A stretch of 32,000 bases of DNA, from NCBI GenBank assembly GCA_035935115.1, contig DASYXK010000020.1:33637-65636 (forward strand), given 5' to 3'. Position numbers and translations under genes: made by a program. The notes beneath the pieces were generated by a model. That model worked only from the letters and a program-made list of their open reading frames with translations, was not told the DNA's origin and did no database searches. This DNA is from Nitrosopumilaceae archaeon (lineage in GTDB: Archaea > Thermoproteota > Nitrososphaeria > Nitrososphaerales > Nitrosopumilaceae). The stretch's first letter is position 1. Each line of letters starts with the position of its first letter. This document shows positions 25,112 through 32,000 of the stretch, in pieces.

Positions 25112-27892
25112 ATGCCAAGTAGTTTAGACAAAATAAGTGGAATTGTAACCAGATTCAAAGGACTAACAACAATTGGTTTTGCAAATATCTTAGCTAGTGT
25201 TATCTCTGGTCTCTTTTGGCTTTATATCGCACGACTCTTAGGAACCACTCATTATGGAGAGATAAGCTACCTAATAGCTGCATCATCAATAGCTGTTACT
25301 CTGTCTTTTCTTGGTTCTGGAAATATTCTCTTGGTGTATACTGCAAAGGGAATAAAAATTCAATCTACTATTTACACTGTTGCAATTTTAGCTTCTGCCA
25401 TAGCCTCTGTAATTTTGTTCTTAATATTTTATGATGTAGGAGTAAGTCTGTTTGTTATAGGAAATGTGATTTTTGGATTAGTTACAAACGAGCTTGTTGG
25501 CCAGAAACGTTACAAGCAATACTCCTTTTATATGATAACACAAAAAATTCTTGGAACTGTTTTAGCCATAGCACTAAATCATTTTATCGGTCAGACAGGA
25601 GTAATTCTTGGTATATCAATTTCATTTTTCTTGCCTACACATAGAATCTATACTGTATTTAGAGATCATAAGATAGATTTTTCACTTCTAAAAGCTCGTT
25701 CTGGTTTTATCATAAACAGCTATATCATGGATATTGCCAGGGCATTTAGTACCACACTTGATAAATTGATAGTTGCGCCATTGCTTGGTTACGCATTACT
25801 TGGCAATTACCAACTAGGAGTCCAGTTTCTTTCGTTGCTTGGAATACTTCCTGGAATAATGTTTCAATACATTTTGCCACATGATGCAAGCGGAAATGCA
25901 AATAAAAAATTAAAGAAGTTATCCATACTCTTCTCAATAATATTAGCAATTTTAGGCGTATTTTTGGCACCGATATTTTTACCATTGTTATTTCCAAAGT
26001 TCACTGAAGCAACTCAAGTTATTCAAATAATCAGTTTTTCAATAATAGCTACTACCATCAACCTGACTTACATATCAAAATTCCTTGGTGATGAGAAAAG
26101 CAAGATAGTTTTGATTGGTTCTGCGATATATCTTTCCATTCAAATATCTCTAATAATAATTTTGGGCAAAATGATGGGAGTAAACGGTGCTGCAATTGCA
26201 GTTGTCATAGCTACGTTTTCTGAAACAGCATATTTGGTAAGTGTGGACAGATTTGTTAAGAAAAAAACCAATCAGGTTTCAATTAAAGAATCAACTGAGA
26301 ATTCAGATACATTATTTGAGGCAAATGAAACTAATAAGAATTCAGAGATTTTGCTTGAAAAAAATAAAACCAAAATGACAAATGGATTTCATTTCAAGTA
26401 TGCAATTCCAGTTTTAATATCAATAGTGGTTATGGGTCTATTACTTCGTGTGTATTATTTTCCTTATAATGTTCCATTGATATTAGATGCGTTAAATGAT
26501 TATTTTTTTTATGCTACTGATATTAGTATCTTAGGTCATCTACCAACTACATATAACATTGCAAACAATGGTTGGCCCATTTTCTTATCATTTTTCTTTA
26601 CAGTATTTCATTTCAATAACATATCAGACTATATGACATTACAAAGAATAGTGGCAACATCATTATCAGTATTGACAATTATTCTAGTTTATTTATTATG
26701 TAACAAATTTTTTGATAAACCTTATGCGATTATTGGAGCAGCTATATTTGCATTTGAACCTAGAATTATCCAAAACTCCGTACTAGGCATAACTGAACCA
26801 CTCTATATTTTCATAATAACTTTGGTATTGGTTTTATTCTTTAGCTCAAATAAAAAAATGCAATATGCGTCATTTGGAATTGTAGCACTTTCAACCATTG
26901 TTAGAGCTGAAGGATTGTTTGTATTTTTCCCCATGTTGATTATGTTCTTTGTAAACCACAGAAAGGAGAGACGCATAATAGCTAAGTCTGCTCTAGCGTT
27001 ATCTATTTTTATTTTGATAATATTACCAGTGGCTATTTTTAGAATTCAAACCGAAGGAGAGGATTCATTAACTAGCCGCATAGCAGCACCTACAAACGAA
27101 CTCTTATCGTCATCACATGAAGGCAATGTGAGTAAACTAATTTCTGGAACTATCGTAAAAGCAGAAAATGTCATAAAGTTCTCAGGGTGGTCTTTGATTC
27201 CTATTTTCATATTGTTTCTACCTATAGGTTTATTTTTAATTTTTAAGAAGCGAACTCCAGAAAGAACTGCGATCATAGTAATTGTAATTTCAATGATGCT
27301 TCCTGCAATCTATGGTTTTTCGTTTTTACCAGATACACGATACATCTATCCCTTGTTTCCGTTGTTTTGCATCATATCTATTTTTACAGTAAAAAGTTTT
27401 GCAGAAAAGATGAAAAACCAGAAAAGAATTTTAGTTTTAATTATAATAGGAATAGTACTATCATCTGGCATATTTTTAGAATTAAAGAAATTTGATTATG
27501 AACACCAGAGAGAAGCGTTTGGAATATCAGACTATGTTATCAAAATAACAAAAGGCGTTAATGATTATTACCCAGAAAGCAGCTATCTACAGCCAGCTGA
27601 ACTACCTGAAAAATGGCCAGCCCTCAAATCATCCATTAATTTCAAAACAACAGTGATTCCAATTGATGGTTTTGATTCTCTTACTGCATACATCAAATCT
27701 TCAGAGCAAAAAGGTTTGACACATTTGGTCTTGGATGGCCAAAAGAACAGACCACCATTTCTAAATGATGTATTTTATCATGAAGAAAAGTACCCCTATT
27801 TAGTTGAAGTATTTGATTCGTATAAGCACGGATTCAAATATCATGTAAAGATATTCAAGATAGATTACAATCTATTTAATTCATACAACTAG
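25112..27892 (+). CDS. Fusion protein: N-terminal MOP/Wzx-like flippase domain + C-terminal GT-C (ArnT/PMT-like, GT39/83-type) glycosyltransferase domain + about 130-aa soluble tail
   Basis: 926-aa uninterrupted ORF. Residues 1 to about 385 are paralogous to the 16001-17185 flippase. Hydrophilic N/K/E/T/S-rich linker at about nt 26264-26400. The downstream polytopic region has a first-loop acidic motif (LILDALNDYFFYATD), FEPRIIQNSVLGITEP and a late DTRYIYPLFP motif reminiscent of ArnT/PMT_2-type GT-C enzymes. No WWDxG oligosaccharyltransferase motif. Confidence 0.6.
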   Translation: MPSSLDKISGIVTRFKGLTTIGFANILASVISGLFWLYIARLLGTTHYGEISYLIAASSIAVTLSFLGSGNILLVYTAKGIKIQSTIYTVAILASAIASVILFLIFYDVGVSLFVIGNVIFGLVTNELVGQKRYKQYSFYMITQKILGTVLAIALNHFIGQTGVILGISISFFLPTHRIYTVFRDHKIDFSLLKARSGFIINSYIMDIARAFSTTLDKLIVAPLLGYALLGNYQLGVQFLSLLGILPGIMFQYILPHDASGNANKKLKKLSILFSIILAILGVFLAPIFLPLLFPKFTEATQVIQIISFSIIATTINLTYISKFLGDEKSKIVLIGSAIYLSIQISLIIILGKMMGVNGAAIAVVIATFSETAYLVSVDRFVKKKTNQVSIKESTENSDTLFEANETNKNSEILLEKNKTKMTNGFHFKYAIPVLISIVVMGLLLRVYYFPYNVPLILDALNDYFFYATDISILGHLPTTYNIANNGWPIFLSFFFTVFHFNNISDYMTLQRIVATSLSVLTIILVYLLCNKFFDKPYAIIGAAIFAFEPRIIQNSVLGITEPLYIFIITLVLVLFFSSNKKMQYASFGIVALSTIVRAEGLFVFFPMLIMFFVNHRKERRIIAKSALALSIFILIILPVAIFRIQTEGEDSLTSRIAAPTNELLSSSHEGNVSKLISGTIVKAENVIKFSGWSLIPIFILFLPIGLFLIFKKRTPERTAIIVIVISMMLPAIYGFSFLPDTRYIYPLFPLFCIISIFTVKSFAEKMKNQKRILVLIIIGIVLSSGIFLELKKFDYEHQREAFGISDYVIKITKGVNDYYPESSYLQPAELPEKWPALKSSINFKTTVIPIDGFDSLTAYIKSSEQKGLTHLVLDGQKNRPPFLNDVFYHEEKYPYLVEVFDSYKHGFKYHVKIFKIDYNLFNSYN

Positions 27893-27935
27893 ACAATCAT
27901 TACCTAGATATATTCAGGTATTATTTTAGACATAG

Positions 27936-28631
27936 ATGATTGATTCTGATCAAAAGAAATCCTTGTTTGATCGAATTAGAATAAAAGTAGAGAAAAAATT
28001 TGGAAAATCCAATTATGGAAAGGTTTGGACTAAAGATAACCAATGGTACAATGAAATACACAATTCAAATCCCTTACTTCATGAGGATTTTGTCAAATAT
28101 TTTAAGGGAAAAAAGGATGTAAAAACAGTATTAGAGATAGGATGTGGAACTGGGATTTATCCCATCCAGATGAAAGAAATGTTTGAAGGAATACAGTATA
28201 CTGGGATAGATATATCAGATGAAGCAATAGAATATTGCAAGAAAAACTCTGAGTTTGAGTTTATTTGTGGTGATTTTATAAAAATGGATATTACAAAAAA
28301 ATACGATCTAGTGTATTCTCATGCTGTAGTGGATCATGTATACGACATTGATGCATTTATATCAAAAATAGTAAAAACGTGCAACAAATACGCCTACATT
28401 AACTCCTATAGAGGATACTTTCCAGAACTAAAAGAACATAAAATGACATGGGACGGTCACAATGGTTGCTATTTTAACGATTTATCAATCCAGCAAACAA
28501 GAGAAAACCTTCTTAAAAGTGGACTTTCGGAAGATGAGTTTGTTATTAGATCGCAAGAGAGTGGACAGCAAGGGAAAAATGTTAATCTACAAATGGTAAT
28601 TGAAATCACGAAAAAGATCAAACATTTATAA
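27936..28631 (+). CDS. Class I SAM-dependent methyltransferase
   Basis: 231-aa ORF. Motif I VLEIGCGTGIYP and post-I acidic residue context YTGIDISDEAI. The 3' end overlaps the convergent gene by 6 nt. Confidence 0.75.
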   Translation: MIDSDQKKSLFDRIRIKVEKKFGKSNYGKVWTKDNQWYNEIHNSNPLLHEDFVKYFKGKKDVKTVLEIGCGTGIYPIQMKEMFEGIQYTGIDISDEAIEYCKKNSEFEFICGDFIKMDITKKYDLVYSHAVVDHVYDIDAFISKIVKTCNKYAYINSYRGYFPELKEHKMTWDGHNGCYFNDLSIQQTRENLLKSGLSEDEFVIRSQESGQQGKNVNLQMVIEITKKIKHL

Positions 28632-29669
28632 TTTTTTTCCTGTAGCACTAATTCCACTTTCAATTTCCTTAAAATGAATTATCTTAGTTTTGGTATCTGC
28701 ATACCATTTTCTAACCTCATCAGGCGTATGCCTGTATGCATATTTTGGATAATACCAATCAAAATTTACTCCAACACTTCGCTCAAAATCTTCATCATCT
28801 GCCCAGAAGCATTTGAGAAAATGCCAATAAATGAATCGTTGAACATCATAGGTTCCTGCTTTGATGTTTAAAAGTGAAATATCACGAGGGATAGTTATTT
28901 TCTTTTTTAATCTAGATAGACTTTTACCCAAAATTGTCATGTCCTTTGAAAATTCAACACATTCTGCTTCTGACATTTTTGTTGTTTTGGTTCTGATGTA
29001 ATCGTCAGCAAATTCTCGTATTGGAGCTTTTTTGTTATATACATAAATAGAAATCAGTCCATTTTTTTGCAGAAACTTTGTCAGATATTTAAAAGAAGTT
29101 TCAGTGTTTTTTGTATGATGCAATACTTGGTCAGAATAAATATAATCAAAAAAATTTTTTCTAAATGGTAGCTTTCGAAGATCCGCTTGAAGAAAGTGCA
29201 CATTTTCAATATGACCATATTTCTTATATGCAAAATCTATGCTTTCACTAGCATCAAGAGCAAACACTTGAGCATTTTTGCTATTAGATAGAAATCTAGC
29301 ACTATTTCCTATTCCAGTGCCAGCATCAAGAATCTTCTTCCTACTCTCTAAAAATTTGTTAAATTTAGAAAGAGTGTGCCAGCCAAATCTTTCAAGAAAC
29401 CAATTTCTTTGGAATTCAAACCATTCTTTCTCATGGTATGATTTATGGTATTTTTTCCATTTTGAAGAAAAGGCATCTTCCGTCTTGGCAAAGCTCTTAG
29501 ATGTATCAAAAACAAACCTAGGGATGCCGTTTATGACTTTAAATTTATGATTTTGTGCGCAAACTAGTGTTCCCTCAATAATCTCGCTTTCTCTTTTTTT
29601 TATGTTTTTAATATGAAAAGCAGAACTGCATTTAGGACATACTAGAGCATCAAGTAAGCTTGTTTTCAA
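28626..29669 (-). CDS. Class I SAM-dependent methyltransferase with N-terminal Trm112-like zinc-ribbon domain
   Basis: 347-aa ORF. N-terminal LLDALVCPKCSSAF...GTLVCAQNHKFKVINGIPRF (Trm112-like ribbon pattern with one CxxC pair; the second half shows a single Cys), then motif I KILDAGTGIGNSARFL and FDYIYSDQVLHH. Confidence 0.7.
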   Translation of the reverse strand: MKTSLLDALVCPKCSSAFHIKNIKKRESEIIEGTLVCAQNHKFKVINGIPRFVFDTSKSFAKTEDAFSSKWKKYHKSYHEKEWFEFQRNWFLERFGWHTLSKFNKFLESRKKILDAGTGIGNSARFLSNSKNAQVFALDASESIDFAYKKYGHIENVHFLQADLRKLPFRKNFFDYIYSDQVLHHTKNTETSFKYLTKFLQKNGLISIYVYNKKAPIREFADDYIRTKTTKMSEAECVEFSKDMTILGKSLSRLKKKITIPRDISLLNIKAGTYDVQRFIYWHFLKCFWADDEDFERSVGVNFDWYYPKYAYRHTPDEVRKWYADTKTKIIHFKEIESGISATGKKL

Positions 29670-29785
29670 GATAATTCGCTAGACTGGAGTTAGCAAATAA
29701 AAGTATTAGGATCAAAGGAACAAAATTAAATTTCATATTCAACCATATTGCATATATTGATCTAAATTAGAATCAACTTGAACAA
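29670..29785. promoter_or_regulatory. Divergent promoter region (Trm112-fused methyltransferase / GT4)
   Basis: 116-nt spacer between divergent starts. AT-rich with catatattga and aaattaaattt runs. Confidence 0.3.
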
Positions 29786-30838
29786 ATGAAATTATTAATA
29801 GGCGGTTCTAGCTCAAAATTTTTTCATCTCAAAGATTTCGGGGAACATTTAGCCAAATTCGGAGTCGAGTACAAGATAGTCATAGATTCAGAAGTTTATG
29901 ATGGATTTCCAAGTAGAAAGATTACTAATTGGTTTCAGTCAAAAAAGAAGTTTAACAAACTTTTAGAAGATTTCAAGCCAGATGCAATATTTGTTGACAG
30001 ACAGAGACACTTTTGCCTTGCTGCAACCAAAACAAAGTTGCCTGTATTTATGTTACTACGTGGAGACTTCTGGACTGAGATAAAGCTAGCAAGAGAAACA
30101 TTATACAAATCACCGTACAAACGCATTGCGCTTTCAAGATGGGAAAAAATAGGAGAAGAGTGTTTTTCTCAAACTAATTTTATTTTACCAATTTGCAAAT
30201 ATCTTGATAATATAGTAAAGTCACATTATCCAACTAAACCTACAGAGGTGTTGTACCAAGGAATAGATCCTACAAAATGGTATCCTGTAGAACCAATGAA
30301 TCTGAAACATCCATGTATTGGATTACTTCAAGGAGCTTGGATTTGGGATAAGGCAAAAGAAATGTTCACACTCAAAAAAGTTCTCGAATCAATGCGTGAT
30401 GTCATGTTTTATTGGGCAGGTGATGGACCGTATAGAAATAATATCTTAGAAGTATTGGGAAAATATGAAAATTTCAAATGGCTAGGGCCACTACAATATC
30501 CAGATAAAGTTAGAGAATACTTGTCTGCAATAGACGTTTATGCATTAGTCAGTGGCTTGGATATGTCGCCGTTAACCCTTCAAGAAGCACAGTTGATGCA
30601 AAAACCTGTCATAGCCACAAGGGTTGGAGGAATCCCAGAACTTATGGATGACAACAAAACAGGATTTCTCATAGAAAAAGGTGATCATGAATCTTTGAAA
30701 GAAAAGATATCTATTCTTCGTGGTGATTCTTCCAAATCAAAGGAGTTTGGAGCTAAAGGACGCGAGTTTATAATAGATAACTTTAGTTGGAATAAAATAG
30801 CAAAAAAATTCATTACAATACTTGATACTATTTCATAG
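29786..30838 (+). CDS. Family 4 glycosyltransferase (GT-B, group 1)
   Basis: 350-aa ORF. C-terminal pattern LTLQEAQLMQKPVIATRVGGIPELMDDNKTGFLIE matches the GT4 E..a.G.PviAt..GG..E...d..tG.l block. Confidence 0.8.
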   Translation: MKLLIGGSSSKFFHLKDFGEHLAKFGVEYKIVIDSEVYDGFPSRKITNWFQSKKKFNKLLEDFKPDAIFVDRQRHFCLAATKTKLPVFMLLRGDFWTEIKLARETLYKSPYKRIALSRWEKIGEECFSQTNFILPICKYLDNIVKSHYPTKPTEVLYQGIDPTKWYPVEPMNLKHPCIGLLQGAWIWDKAKEMFTLKKVLESMRDVMFYWAGDGPYRNNILEVLGKYENFKWLGPLQYPDKVREYLSAIDVYALVSGLDMSPLTLQEAQLMQKPVIATRVGGIPELMDDNKTGFLIEKGDHESLKEKISILRGDSSKSKEFGAKGREFIIDNFSWNKIAKKFITILDTIS

Positions 30839-30863
30839 TTTTGACATTATGATATTTTTATAA

Positions 30864-32000
30864 TTAACTCAGAGTATCGTTAGGCTTGATTTCTTTAGTA
30901 ACAAATAACCTAAACCAAATTTCAAATGCCAACAACCCAAGGAATTTGTTTACATATCTCACATCAGGATCTTTACCGAGTTTTTTAAGATGTTTTGTTA
31001 CCCATTCATCTTTTATCCATCCTTTTTTTATGGTTCTGGCATCAGATAAATAATAATTACATAGCTCGCGTCCATGTGAATTCCATAAATTTATTGTATT
31101 AACTGAGAAGCCTTGTTTTGTTTTATACATCATTTTGTCATCCACATATTTACGAAGAATTTTTCTCAGTAGAATCTTTCCAAGATCTCTTTTGCTGTCA
31201 TATTTTAATTTATAAGGTATATGAGTTGCGTAAGTGATTAATTCCTTTGACAGAATAGGTACTACTGATCTTATACCAAAATGTTTATGAATTTTTGTAT
31301 AAAGTGGTGTCCAATTGTACAACAATTTTCCATTAAAATCTGCTAGAAAAACTTGTGCAATTGGAGCAAGATTATTATCAAAATATGGCTTCAAAGTATC
31401 ATAGATTTCATTCCAAGAAAAGTGTGCTTTTTTACCAAATAGATTATTTTGATCAGGTACCCAATCCCTCTCATGACATTCCAAGTATGCCTTAACTTTT
31501 TTAATTGGTGAAAAATCTGTCTTTATTAGTGAGAAGAATTTTTTATATCTAAAAGTATACCCTCCAAAAAGCTCATCTCCACCGTCACCAGATACAAGAG
31601 TCTTGGAGATAGATTTTGTCTTTTTAACTACATGATACCAATGTAAATCCCAAAAAGGGAGTTTTATAATACTAATTGCTTTTGGTAATTCTTTAAGATA
31701 ATTTTCTAGGTATATTACATGATGTTGTGCTTCAAATCTTTCTGCTATTTTTTCTGCATATACTGACTCATCAACACTATCAGCAAATTTAACAGAAATT
31801 GCATTAATATCAAGATCAGGGCATGTCTTTCTTAACAAGCCAAGAATTAAAGTAGAATCAATACCACCGCTAAGAGCAACTGCAACCTTTAGTTTCGAAT
31901 TATTAAAATTTTTTTGTATGGTATTTCGTATGGTTTTTTCAATATGGATAGAAGGTTCGTTAACTGGTTTTTCTACAAAATCTTTCCATGTTAATTTTGG
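30864..32000 (-). CDS. Asparagine synthase (glutamine-hydrolysing)-like amidotransferase, 5' end beyond window
   Basis: SGDGGDELFGGY block of AsnB-type synthetase domains. The minus-strand frame stays open from 31838 to base 32000 and encodes the PP-loop VAVALSGGIDSTLILG (SGGIDS at 31854-31871). The ORF-track TTG start at 31838 is therefore internal and the gene runs off the window. Confidence 0.8.
   Translation of the reverse strand, partial: PKLTWKDFVEKPVNEPSIHIEKTIRNTIQKNFNNSKLKVAVALSGGIDSTLILGLLRKTCPDLDINAISVKFADSVDESVYAEKIAERFEAQHHVIYLENYLKELPKAISIIKLPFWDLHWYHVVKKTKSISKTLVSGDGGDELFGGYTFRYKKFFSLIKTDFSPIKKVKAYLECHERDWVPDQNNLFGKKAHFSWNEIYDTLKPYFDNNLAPIAQVFLADFNGKLLYNWTPLYTKIHKHFGIRSVVPILSKELITYATHIPYKLKYDSKRDLGKILLRKILRKYVDDKMMYKTKQGFSVNTINLWNSHGRELCNYYLSDARTIKKGWIKDEWVTKHLKKLGKDPDVRYVNKFLGLLAFEIWFRLFVTKEIKPNDTLS

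Noticed and set aside
26400-27892. C-terminal domain of the 926-aa protein as an AglB/STT3 oligosaccharyltransferase
   Set aside because: No WWDxG or DK/MI-type motif is seen anywhere in the protein. The loop and late RY..P motifs fit ArnT/PMT-type GT-C enzymes better.
1-32000. Search for tRNA/rRNA genes, CRISPR repeats, IS elements, integrases, toxin-antitoxin or defence-system genes
   Set aside because: The intergenic regions (2975-3159, 7134-7330, 15330-15492, 18255-18382, 21844-22091, 24044-24200, 29670-29785) are short and extremely AT-rich. They contain no GC-rich stem structures, no regularly spaced direct repeats and no terminal inverted repeats that I could see. Every long ORF is accounted for by glycan-biosynthesis families.

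Overview
The window is AT-rich (about 30% G+C from a few spot counts) and almost fully coding. All 32 kb read as one surface-glycan / protein-glycosylation island: about 28 CDS in 12 alternating strand blocks. I saw no rRNA, tRNA, CRISPR array, transposase or integrase. Protein styles (long-form RmlA with an LbH tail, Dol-P-type GT2, DUF115/MptE-like) and TATA-like boxes 20-40 nt upstream of starts suggest an AT-rich archaeon, possibly a Nitrosopumilus-like thaumarchaeon. That taxonomic call is inference only.

Contents in order:
- Oxidoreductase, DegT aminotransferase and NeuA-type cytidylyltransferase, forming an operon.
- A Maf-like DUF115 protein and a B12-binding radical SAM enzyme.
- A divergent pair of paralogous TagF-like 'HP-motif' GT-B proteins.
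- A split dTDP-rhamnose set (rmlD; rmlA-rmlB; a short RmlC/FdtA-like cupin) interleaved with a GNAT, a DUF3473-type deacetylase and a GT2.
- A stand-alone MOP-type flippase, a GT4 and an SDR epimerase/dehydratase.
- An MBOAT plus DltD-like O-acylation pair.
- Four SAM methyltransferases.
- A GtrB/ArnC-like polyprenyl-phosphate glycosyltransferase, immediately followed by a 926-aa fusion of a second flippase paralog to a GT-C (ArnT/PMT-like) domain.
- A second GT4 and an AsnB-like amidotransferase truncated by the window edge.

The most unusual items are the flippase::GT-C fusion next to the GtrB-like gene, the Maf-like/CMP-sugar module, the TagF-like paralog pair and the MBOAT/DltD-like pair. 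All functional calls rest on motifs recognised by eye. No database search was run.
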